DNA of 64,000 bases, taken from Lama guanicoe (Eukaryota). Location: positions 826,370 through 890,369 of the forward strand of contig MU053513.1 of NCBI GenBank assembly GCA_013239625.1. The letters are read 5' to 3'. Shown here in pieces: positions 1 to 12,600 of this stretch (within the stretch, counting starts at the first letter, position 1; every line of letters starts with the position of its first letter). A program made the position numbers and the translations under genes. The notes beneath the pieces are model-generated. The model ran no database searches and was not told the origin of the DNA. It saw only the letters and a program-made list of their open reading frames with translations.

Positions 1-1369
1 AACCTTCTCAGCAGCACCTCGCTGTTCCTTCCACATCAGCAGGTCTCGATTTCTGGACATCAAACTGAGTATTCTACCCAGTCCCCAATAGTCATTGTTC
101 CACTGGCTCTAAAGAATATAGATTCAGTTTAATAAGAACATAATCACATGAGTGGAAAGTGTAATAGCTTTAATCTGATGTCTCACTCATGAACGAAAGC
201 AGTATCAACAGATCTCTAGACGCCACGCTGGTTTTAGTGTGATTTTAAAATTTCAGATATTGACATTCATTTTTACACTTTAGATATGGGATTTGTTTGG
301 GCTCATAAATGAACAGAAATATAACATACTTTTAAAATAAAATTTCTGGCCTATAGGCCACTTTCAAATAGGAAATAACACATTTGGCTCTGTACTCGAA
401 GGAAGGAAATAAGTCAAATACCTCTGCCTGCTTCCAGTAAAAGCAGCACATCACCAATTCAGAAGCAGAAGAGTGAGTGACGGTGTATACTGCGCAGGCT
501 GGTGGAACAGGGTAGTAGGCTAAGCTCAGCAGCCTCTGATCTGTGGTCTGCTTACCCCCACTAAGCAATACTTCCCTAAAGATATAACCAACATTCCTCT
601 CCATAGCATTGCTGTACACACTTCCATCTCAAACCCAGTCTCCGCCAAGCTCTTACGGGGCCATGGATCTCATAGTTACGGAGAATATGTGGCATATTTC
701 CTCAGTGAAAGGATATTGGGTTAATTGAAGTTTAATTAAATAGCAGCTTTGATTTATGTAAACCAAACTTATTAACCAAGTATTTCTGTCTTAAATTCCC
801 ACAGAAAATGTCTTCAGTATTTTCAGTTCATTGTGTCAATGATTATTGACATTTTTGTTCCAAAGAATTACCACGTGGAATCAGAGGATTTTCTCAGTCA
901 TTCCTTTGTTTTGATTTGAAAGATTTCTAATACTTGAAACCCAGCACTTTCTTTTCTGTAGAGGCAGTAATTCACGTCACTTCACCACCCTCCTCCTCCT
1001 CCTGCCAGCCCTCATCAGTAACAGAAATGCAGGGCACAATATAATTTGGATCAAGTACTATGTGCTAGAAACTCCACTAGATAGCACATATATAAGTATT
1101 TCAGAAACGAAGAAAATTATTTTTTAATTCAACTTCTGTAATACCATAAATGAACAATAGATTACTATTACACTTCACTTTATCATGTCTTAATTTAATT
1201 TTAAAAATGCAGCATTTCATAAATGGCAATCCATTATATATAAATTAAGACTAGCTACTTCCTTATTTAGCATTAAAATGAAACAAACTTGTAAATACTT
1301 GCTAAATATAGTATGCAAATAGTTTAGATGGAAGGTGTCCAAGTAGTACTTTTAAAAAGACCCTATCTT

Positions 1370-1502
1370 GGGGCAGAGGGTATAGCTCAAGTGGTAGCGC
1401 GCATCCTTAGCATGCACCAGGTCCTGGGTTCAATCCCCAGCACCTCCTCTAAAAATAAATAAACCTAAATACTTCCCCCTGCAAAAAAAATAATAAACAA
1501 AC
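1370..1502 (+). mobile_element. tRNA-derived SINE, vic-1-like (camelid)
   Basis: tRNA-like head with A-box (TAGCTCAAGTGG) and B-box (GGTTCAATCCC) and an A-rich tail. Target-site duplication AAAAAGACCCTATCTT (1354-1369) / AAAAAGACTCTACCTT (1503-1518) at a TTTT|AAAA site. Confidence 0.85.
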
Positions 1503-3000
1503 AAAAAGACTCTACCTTAAACAAGTATAACTTGGTAATTTAGCCACTTTTTCAGAATATAAACACCTATAGACAGAACGGGAAAGTTTCTGCCTGTAGA
1601 GAACCAATCAGAAGTTTCCTAAGTAGGTGCTGGAAGGCTGCCTGGAAAATGGCACCTTTGGTATCCCCTGGCTTTTGCTATCGTTGGAAGCATAGGAAAA
1701 GCCATTAGTTGTTCAACTTTTTTTTAGTCCATTTGAGACTAGTAGAAGCAGTCACAGCCATTTATCCAATTTTTACCACTTGGAACAGAAATTTCAAGAT
1801 ACAAAAGACAGAGCAGTTTTTATTGGTTCCCAGGGAATTCTCTGGTAGTTTCTCCAAAGAAATTTTCTTTAAAGAAAAATCATTAAAAAAAAAACTGATG
1901 TAATCCTTTTTAGACTCTCATTATTATACAAAAATTATTGAAAATATTATTTTAAATTATCCAAGCAATTGCATTTGCAGTGAGGGCAGTGAGGGACTGA
2001 GACACTAGCTCTTAACTGAATTACTCAGAATTACAGATTTGCCTTAGAAATGGTGCAGACTAAAATCTGAATTTCCTGACTCCTGAGGCTGTGTTTGGAC
2101 CATTCTTTCACTAGGGTGCCTAATATATTGGTAACCGAAAAGGATCATTAATTCTTTCAGGGCACGGGGTATCATTTAAAGACTCAGGGAGAAATAAGTT
2201 GCCAACTGTGACACCAACTCTGTGAAATTGTTAAAAGAATGAAGAGTTTACACCCATTACGTATATTATAGAACTTAGATCCTTCTAGAATCAGAAGTTG
2301 TCTTTAACTTTATATCTTGTAAAATAAATTGAATTTTAATTGAATTTATATATGTTTGTTGTTTGCTTGGAAGTCCAGGCAATGTAACCCTGAGTGCTCC
2401 ATACACTTTCTTGCTTACTTATACGAATTTTCAAGGAAGAAATAATGTGAAAGTGACAGCAATGACAAATAAACTTGTAAGTTCAGAGTTTCAAGATTTT
2501 CTTCCTTTAGATTTCATTATGTATCTATTAATGGAGACTAAATTTCTTTCAATATTCAAAACTTCTCCATAAATAATAAAATTGGAATGCCTGGTAGCAG
2601 AGTTATCAAGAAGTTAGCAGGTAAATACATTTTTTATATTGTTACTATTTTTGACAACTGAATGAATATCTGAACTCAACTTTAGTTCCGTTGCTTAAAT
2701 GACAGTTGCAATAATTTAGATTCCTGAAGCACATTTTATTTACTGCTGATATAAATTTGGTCCACATGTTGCTGATATTCTGATACAATTTTTTTTAAAT
2801 TCAGGCATATGAAAAGATCAAAAATACAGTAAAATGTCTTGGCTTTTTTTTTTTAAGATTGAGAAAAAAGCAATTCATAATTGTCATATTACTAAGGACA
2901 CAGGACCAATCATCATGCCTCAGAGATCCAAAATGTAACATTTTTTCCCAAGAGTTTTATTTGGCAGTTTTACTTCTCTGAGTTTGAGGAATATGCAAAA

Positions 3001-3115
3001 GGAAAGATAAGGAGAATGTGGGAATGAGGGAGGGAGAGGGAGAAAAAGAATGAGGGAGGAGGAAGGAGAGGAGGAGGAGGAAGGGGAGGAAGAGGGGGAG
3101 GAGGGGAAGAGAAGA
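3001..3115. repeat. GA-rich low-complexity polypurine tract
   Basis: GGA/GGGA/GAA units; uninterrupted purines from 3052 to 3115. Confidence 0.9.
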
Positions 3116-6100
3116 TCCCAAGGGAAAACACAGTGTCAGTTTCCTGTGTGTCCTGTTCTGGCTAAAAGAAGGAAGACTGAGCAAACCATAGTTAAGTCAT
3201 TATAAGAAATGTACTTTACAAGGAACTCTTCTTATATCGCATAGAAAATCTAACTACTGTTAGAGGAAGCCCACCGACCTTCCTCCTTGCCTCCCTCTTG
3301 CCTTTCACCTTCTTTGCATCTCTTGGTTTCGTAATTTCCTTGTTTCTGTTCCTTCAGCATGTCCATTTCTTCCCTTCCTAACCATATGCGATCTAGTCAC
3401 CTGAAGCACAATATCACAACACCGACTTAAGCCTTCCTGCTTCTTTATCTTTCAGGAAAAAAAAAAAAGATGCATTCTACAGTTGAAAACTCAAATGACG
3501 GTAAAATACACAAGACATTAAAGATTCTGATTTCGATCACCAATGCCAAGTAATGGAGGTTTTTTTTTTTTCTTTAAAGTGAAATGTTCATCTTGTAGTA
3601 GATTGACAAGAGATCTGAGAGTAATAAGACCACTTTACATCAGAACACTTACAATTAAGTTTGGTCCTAGAATTTATAGGTGATATGGGAAACACTCCTT
3701 TCCTATTACAAGGTTTGTAGTGTTCTAAGAACATGAAAAGTTTATTATTACTGTATTTCAGGTTTGGGAGAAAATTTAAGAATATTGATAAACCTGACTT
3801 TGGGAAGCTAACTTTTCTTTTTTTTGAAATGCTTTGAAGACTATAAAGCTGTGATATGTCTATTATTTCCCTATACAATATTTCTGATAGATCTGCAGAT
3901 TTTTAAGTATATTAAGAGATTTAATATTGCAAGATAATTATGACCTATCCTTGAGGTAACTTTACAGCTGCTTCTTGTTACTAAATATTCAAATCTATTC
4001 TTATTTGTAACTGCTAATTCATTTATTCTAAATGTTTTCTGTTCATGTGAAACAGACTGGTACTTTCTACATAGTTAAACATTGTATTTCAATTTTTTCT
4101 TTATGTAGCATGTTTTTCAAACATATCTCACCATTTACGTACAGACCACAATCAAAGTTAACAATGCTGAGTAGTAGATAAATAAAAAGAATAATTGTCA
4201 CTCATTCTGTTTGACTATTCCATTTTAATTTGGGGGAAAAGTTGAAGTTGCTGAAAAATCTGTCTCTTGTTATATTATGGCTAAGGTCCTCCAACTTATG
4301 CCTTAAGTTTGCAAACATTGGAGGAAAGTGTACATAAATATTCAGCTGCCTGAATAAATTAAGACCAAATATACTTGAAAAAAAGATGATGTGAGAATAT
4401 TCCTTTGAGGAAGATGTTTTCACCAAATTACATGCAAAACTAAATCTCTATCATTTAAAGTCACTTTCAAAATGTTTGGCAAAAAACTTTATTTTCAGCT
4501 CAAAAAGTTCTTCTCTAAAACAATTTGCATTGTCCATGGAAATCAAGCTGCTGGGTTAGTTGTTTGTTTTGTCTCATTTTTTATCTCATTTTAAGGGTTT
4601 TTGATCTTTACATGGAACCAGGCTCTGTTTTGCAGGTATTGTTAGACAAAAACCATGAATACTATGCCATTATTTTTACATTAGCTAAAGTTTTCCCAAG
4701 GTGGGTTTTTATCATTTTAAGACATTTTGTTTTGTGTGTTACTCTCTTTTTGTCTAATCACCTCTAAAATTATGAGCTCTACAAGAATAATACATGCTGA
4801 ATAACAAAACAGCTTGAAATATTCATAACTAAGAAAGAAACTGTTAAATGTTCATAAACAAAGTTGTTTGGAGACTCCTTTATTAATTTTTAATTTATTT
4901 TCAGTCAATTCCTTATTACTTCCAAATTCCTGTAGGGGATTCTGTTAATTAGTCATGTGTAAAATATTCATTAAAACCAGCTTCCTATTTTCTTCTTTTA
5001 TTGCAAATTTACATTTCTAATCTTATAACCAAAATAAATGCCATTGGGTAGAAGAACCACATTAATTTTGATCAGCCACTTAAAATAGAAGCTTATATAA
5101 CAAAAGATACGGTAATATGCAACTAGCCTAATATTGAGGGATTTGTTGGTATACCCTGATGCTGAAATAGCAGATGGTTAAGTTCACGTTTGAAAAAAAC
5201 TCAACACTACACAAAATAGAGCATGTTTGAAATCTAATCTAAAAAAGTAAGAATACTCAAATGTGCTTTTATACGTTTGTACTTTAAGAATGCCTCAGAA
5301 ACAACATATACTTTAGGTAGGGACTCAAGGTTAATCGCAGGGGCAAAGTTGATGTTAAATTTAAATCAGTGGGTTGCCCATTTTGCTAGATCAGTAAACT
5401 TCACGTTTTACTTTTCTAATTAGTTGACTTAACTGTTACTTATCGCAACCAAAATATTTTTTAATTTGAATATTTCAAAATATTCTAATTGTCTGTCTTT
5501 ACTACCTGTTATGTGGATTCAAAGCTACAGATGGCAAATAGCATAGGAAATGGGACATTTATGTGAGCTTAGCGTCAGAATAGTTATGAATCATTCCCCA
5601 TAAGTCAGTGAAACAGTCACACAAACAGCATGAAGAGGAACATACACTGGCCTTGCGAGAAGTAAATTTCCAATGCCGGGTATATAGCATTGCAAAGGTG
5701 AAATTCTTGGTCTGCTGGAAAGTTCTTTTCCCTTTTTTTTGGACACATCTTCTATTATTCTACTGAAAAACTACAAGTTGTCTGCACATACCACCTCTCT
5801 TCTGGAAGTTCATGTCTCAGTTTTAAGTCTTCAGTCCTACATATGACGCAGATTTGAAAAACACAACTTCATTTGGAAAAGTTGCTAAAATAGAATAACA
5901 TCATGTATTGGGGAAAAGAATAAGAAAAATATTTTGTGAGAAGGAAAGGGGAATTATACTCAAATAAATGGCATATTTTATTTGTTCAGTTTTGGAGGGA
6001 GGGCAGTAAATTCCCTACCAAATTAAAGGCATGGTTGGTGATAACACATTTATACCACAGAAGTATTGAGCAACATTAACCAAAGGTCTCTCAGGGTTCT

Positions 6101-9100
6101 AACATTGTGTTGTGACACAGAGCCATGATGGAGGCAAAGATGAAGTAGCATAATTTTTTGGTTGTTTTAAAGAGATTTGGTAACACAAGCTACTGATCTG
6201 CTCGGGGTGTTCAGGAAGTTTAGGCCAACATTTTAGAAAATTATTTTTTCATTAAACAGAAAGTCTAACAGAAGTCTGAATTTTTGGAAGACATATGGCA
6301 ATATTAAAGCAGATACAAATCTCTAAGTAATAGATAAAAATACATACTAAAAAAGTGGTTAATCATGGTAGCATATGGCCAATCCTTAGAGACCACTTGC
6401 CAGGCTAATTTGAACTATCAGTCAAACTCTTGCAGGTTGTTTATTCTCTTAAAAATCCATCTAATCTGATTGTTATCTAGCCTGCGTTGATTTCTTCATC
6501 TAGACCTCAAAGAATATCAAGAACTCATTCTATGGTGACACACACACATAAAGTAATGCCAGCGTAATATCGTAATAAAAAAGTTAACATACCTTACTGG
6601 TGAAGGATGCATGCTTGCCCCATTGTCATTGCCTTTTTTTTCTAAATGCTCACTAAACATTAACTTCTCTCCAACAGTATTTTTTTCTCAGAATCAACCA
6701 ACTTAGAGTTCTCTACATTTCCTTTCTGACCATGAGGATACTTGTCCTCAGTATTTTGCAACTCTCGTTCTCCAAGAGTTCTCAAAGAATTAGCAGCAGT
6801 CATGATTTCACACTTCTATTAATTTCTTAGTCTTGGGCAATGTGATTCTTCAAGACCGTGATTCCCTAACTCACTTGGAGCCCTTGAGGAGATTTTAAAG
6901 TCTCCTTCCTGACCTGTATGTGCAATTTCCCTTTATCATATATGTTCCACGCCTTTCAGTGTGAAAATCATTTTCACATATTATGTCGTAGAATGGGGAG
7001 TGGCTAAGGAACATGGACTTCAGTCTTCTCTTTTGCAGATGAGGTCCCTGAGAGCAAGCACAGTGTACTCAGTGAACAGAGGTCCAGGTGGACCTGGCAC
7101 CACTCCACATCCTCATTCTTATTGAAAAGATCTTGGTTGCAAATAGGAACTGAATCATGTGTGCAAATGAGTTTATTATAAGAAAAAAAAAGTAAAAACA
7201 CTCATCTCTGATTTGAGCTTAAGTTTTAGCTTAATCCTTAGGCTAATTTTTGAACGGTTTCCTCATCTGAAAGAAGCAAAAGATGGCTTTCTTTGTCTTA
7301 CCACGCTGTTGGGAGACTCTGAATTGGGAAACAAAGTAAGGAAACAATAATAGAATACACAAACATAAGTTATTATAATTATACAGTAAATTATACCATC
7401 TCTCCCTTGTTCTTACTGTAAAGTGTAAAAAAAAAAAAGTAACAGTCCACTCTTGCTGTTTCTCAAAAATGTTTTTAAAGCCTCAGATTGTGCTTATCTT
7501 TTAGGCTCTATTCCAGTGAAAAGATCATGAGGTTTTGTATAATCCAACCAAGATTTGATGATAATCAGCATGGAAAGTTTTTTGAAATTGTCTGTGTGAT
7601 CTACAAGAGTAATTTGACAACTTTAAATCCATGTAGAGTTGGGAGGGTAGCTCTCCCAAAGAACTAGCAACAATGCTTTCTCAGAACTGTAAGAATGAGA
7701 TATTTCTGAAAACATTCACAGCTGTGTCTGAAAAGACTTTTAAATGTAAGCCGTGGCTCCTTTTTAGAAATTTCTCTCGACAACAAGAGAGTTTCCTATT
7801 TAAGACACCACCATATGCAGCAACTTCCTGCTCACTCAAAGACTATTTTATCTCCACAAAAATATATTGTGTTGTTTTCTTTTGGAAGTACTGAAACCTT
7901 GAGCAAAGTAGTGTCTTTTAATAAAGAATACCTACATTTTACATTTTTTTAATAATGTTTTCTTTGCTATCCTTCAATAGCTGCTAGTAAGCTGAATTTT
8001 GTAAAAAAAACAAACAAACAAAACCTAATTACAATCTATAACCTTGGCAAATGGTAAAAATATACTTTATTTTTACTGTACACACTATAGAACTTGATTA
8101 AAGAAAGCTGCTTAATTATTATTATACATATATCTGGTTCTTCAATGAATATATATGAAATAAGTTCTTGTAAAGTTATTATATCCAGTTTTAAAAGTGT
8201 CTTTTATTTCAAATCAGTTTTATGAAATTATCAAAGTAGTATCAAACTCATGTAAAAAATATAAAAGGAGAAATTTTATAAAAAATAATTGTTTGGGGTT
8301 TTGTTTTTATTTTTAAGATTTAATTCAGAAATAATCTTATCTACAATTCCAAAACTTATTCACAGGAGAACAAAACAATTAAATACAATGCAAGGTTATT
8401 GGTTACACTGCTGGGATCTTGTCATAACAAATAATCTAATTTTCACTTCACTATGTAATAGAAAAGAGAAAATTATTTTCCCCTATCATTTCAAACTCTA
8501 ATAACAACTTATACTCAGAAAACCATGTGTGAAACATAGTGCCCTGATAAGAAATTTGAAGACATTTTTATTCACATTCAAAAATCACTTTAAGATTCAG
8601 GTTGAAAAAGGAGGGATTTAGAAGGGAATCAAAGATTAAGAATTCATCAGTGCAGAATGACATTTCTTTTGACAATGTAACTCAGTTGCTACTCTAAAAT
8701 AAATAATTTATGATTCAAATGCTGTGAATATTTATTTAGTGTCACACCTGTCATTTGTTTGGCTTTTTTTCCCCACGGATAGAGAAGAACAATTGTGTAT
8801 CTCTTATTACACAGCCAAAACGAGTCCTGATAGCAAAAAAACCACAAACGGTGTATACCTTAACATGGGTAGCAGATTGCTACAGTTGTCCAATAAATCA
8901 CAAGGGGAACCAATAGAATTCTAATACCATTCCACTTGTTCTGAAGCCAACACTTTATAAAACATGACTCAATACTGCATTAGAGAAATCTATCCAGGAG
9001 ACTTATTAGATATTATTGATTTAATAAAAGAATAAAAACAGAGTCGGATTTCCAGGCTCTTTCAAAAATCATCTCTGTGGGTTCCAAACAGTGCCTTTGT

Positions 9101-9477
9101 TTCTATATTGTCATTTTCCTTAGGAACTAACCGTAGTCTTGACTTAAGGGTCCAACATGGCATGCCGGCACTGAGAACAGGCTAGGAATTAAGAATAACT
9201 TCTAGGAAATTAAGGTAGACAAGACCCTACTGGATTCTGGTCGGGAGTAACTCATATTTTCATTAGATTACAGTGCTCTTGTCAAATAATGTTCTAATAT
9301 TTTAAAACATTTTAAATTCATTTACTTTGAACCTACAAAGCTTCTAATTTATCATATTGTTGTAAATCACTAAATTCAGCATCAGAAAACATTCTGCTGG
9401 ATGGAGAATTTTGATCAAAACACTGACACTATGAAAATGCAATGACATTTCTATCTTGTACTATTTTTGCTATCTTT

Positions 9478-9491
9478 TAAAAAAATCTTTT

Positions 9492-9522
<31 letters not shown>

Positions 9523-9645
9523 TTGTGGATGGGGAGGTAATTAGGCTTATTTAGTTAGCTTTTTGTTGGAGGTGCTGGGAATTGAATCCAGGACCTCGTG
9601 CATGCTAAGCATGTGCTCTATACCACTGAGCTATAACTTCCCCCC
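9478..9645 (-). mobile_element. tRNA-derived SINE, vic-1-like, second copy
   Basis: Reverse complement reads GGGGGGAAGTTATAGCTCAGTGGTATAGAGCACATGCTTAGCATGCACGAGGTCCTGGATTCAATTCCCAGCACCTCC, clearly homologous to the copy at 1370. It has a (TAAA)n tail and a degenerate TSD at 9462-9477 / 9646-9661. Confidence 0.85.
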
Positions 9646-12600
9646 TAATTTTTCTATCATTGACTGAAGTTTATATATGTAAAGTATATAGTCAAATAGA
9701 AGTCTGTACTAACATAATGGATTATTGTGCTGATGGTGATGATTAATATTTTTGGCCAATTTAACCAGATTCATTTTCATCCAAACTTAATGTGTTTTCA
9801 GTAGTCAGACCAGCTTGCACAAACCAGATACAATATCTATATCAGAGAATTGAATCTTAATGAAAATTTGTTAACAATAATAGAATAATGAATTTTATAG
9901 AAGTCTGCATGTTCTAATAAAATAAGGGTACACTGAAGTAAGTCAGGAATTTGAGATCTAGTCACAACAAATCATGAACTCGGTTTCTTTTGGTCTGTAA
10001 AATATATGGATTGGATTATAGGTCCTCACATGTGTGTCCAGGAATCAAGTTCCATATTAATGGTCTGAATCAGAAATCAAAGGTGCTGTACAAATCCTTA
10101 ATAACATAACAAGACTGATGATAAATTGTATTTTCTTGAGTTAAACATTATTTCATATCCATTGCATCAAACGATCTTCACTCCACCTCTAAAAAATAAT
10201 GCTAAGAGGGAGCCAAGGCAGACGTTACTGTCATTACTATCCCCATTTTACAGACTAACTCTAAATGAGATTGTGTAATGTGTCCCAGATAGAAACATAA
10301 GACAGTCAACTGAGGACAGAGTCCAGATTCTTTTCATCCCAAGAAAATGAGAGATTCTTATGAAATATTGTCTCAAAAATTGTTTAAAAATCACAGATCC
10401 CAGAGCATTTTGATTTCTATTAAAAATTAAATTTCCCAAGGGTAAAGGGATACATCAAAATATACAAAGATTGAAATGTTCTATTCTACACATGAATATG
10501 TAAAAGCAAAAAGACTAACTCTATGTGTTTATCATTTATTGAATATTTTTAGGAAATAATGGGGAAATGATCATTTAAATTTTTAGGTAGTAGGCACTTC
10601 ACCTTAGTAAGTTGTACTGGAATTTCAAACAGTATATCAGACCTGAGAAAATACAAAACATTACTATGCTGTTTAAAAGTACTCCTTTTTCCTCTGGATT
10701 TAAATATGAGTAAATAAATGACATTTAAAACCTCTAGAGCTGATTAGAATCAAGCTTCATCATATTAATTTCAAAACCAATTAATTCACTAAATGGAAAT
10801 ATACACAGACTATTAATACCAATTGCTTTTAGGTACCTTACATTAAGATTTCTTTGATTCAAAGAATAATCATTTCTTGAGGTTGCTTTAAGATACCATG
10901 TAAATAAATATTTTAGAAACATGATGTACAGCTCGGTTCCTGAATTTCCATGTGCTATAATATGTCATCAGTTTTAATGTAGCTCATAAAATCTGAAATA
11001 CAGTGATAGAAACTATGTATCATTTATATGTCAAAGACATTTGAATATTAACTCTTGAAAATTTTCTTTCATTTCTAGTACTATTTCCTGGTGAAAAATA
11101 ATATATTAGAATGAATTGCAGGTAGCTGAATGAATATGACAAATTAAGACACAGTGAAACCTATTCACCTCCTTCAGTAAGCTCATTTGGACAGAAAGTT
11201 CTTGACAACTTATAGTACTTTTTTCAGTTGAGTGACAGTAAGTAACAGTATATCACTGCCAGTAGGTTATTAGCATTTAGAAATTATTTTTGATTTGCTA
11301 AAAAATAAATACAATTTTTAGTCCCACTTTAAAATTTATTTCTGGGCAGACTCTATCCCTTATTTTAGTAGACAGAAATTGTCTTTTAACTCAGAACATA
11401 GTGAACATATCTATTGCATTTTAATATCTACTTTTTACAAACTTCATGAAAATAAAATGTCATAATAATAGCTTTTGAGAGTGTTGTAAGTTTTGAAATC
11501 ACAAAGGGAACTGAAGGGAAGGGAAGAAGGGACAGGGTCCTGGAAGAAACATGGAGGGGAAAGAAAACATGAGAAGAGGGGAGAAGGGAGAGGTGAGGAA
11601 AAAAAATCCTGACGCCGTAATAAACGAACTTGCCTTCCATTGCCTCGCAATCCGTCACATTGAGCAGTTTGTCGGTGGTAGAAATGAAGCAATTCACAGA
11701 TCTGCAGATTCCAGTTATACTTGTGGGAATGGACTCTGGACTTCCTAGGAACTCACGGAGAGGACGAAACTTGGCAGAACCCGTGTGGAAATTCATTTCA
11801 TCTGTTTCCATTTCATACTGTCTATCATGTGTTTTTGAAGACTAAATGGAAAAGAAAAAATCAAATTCTACCATATGAATTTCTTTTAAATGTCATTTTA
11901 GCTATCAGTTGTCACACCTGCCATTTGATGCATTTCAGTCAATTGACATAATTGTATATTTTTGCAACCCATATCATTCTATGAAGACGTATTTATTTTG
12001 CAATAAATCCGATTTATTAAAAATGTATTCAAACATCTTAATACATACCAAATATTTGTTTCCAATGTATTTTAAGATTGCTTAGTCTGGATCCGTAAGG
12101 GATTGATAACACGTGGCTGGTTTTAAGTTAAAATGAGTCACTGTTTCCATGATAATGTCATGACAGCTCTGCAGGCTCTCTTTAGAAACATACAGGTCAG
12201 CACATGCACTTAGATTTGCATACAATTTCAGGAACTTTTGCAGCTTCCTGTTATCTTGTCACAAACCCCTCCCAGGTTCTGAAGCTCTATAGTCTATCAG
12301 TTGCCTCTAAAATTTTATCCTTAGACTCACCTATCCATTACATTTTTAGTATTCCCTGTATATGTATACATATACTAACATACACAAAGGTAGATTTTTA
12401 AAAGATGAAATAGAGATGCAAGGCATAATATTTTACTGCCTCCTTATGAATATGGCTTCAGAGAATTAGTACCTGTATCTTGGATGTGATTCATAATTAA
12501 TGATTAAACATTATGTAAAATTTTCAAAAAGGGTTATTGAATTTTTTGCTTTTTGGCTAAATTTTTGTCAGACATGATTCTATATGTCACTGTTTCTACT

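Noticed and set aside
1370..1450. Apparent tRNA gene (A and B boxes)
   Set aside because: It has an A-rich tail, a TSD and a second dispersed copy, so it is a SINE head rather than a tRNA.
2957..3184. Hydrophobic Leu/Ser/Pro ORF on the minus strand
   Set aside because: It is a translation of the GA-rich low-complexity tract.
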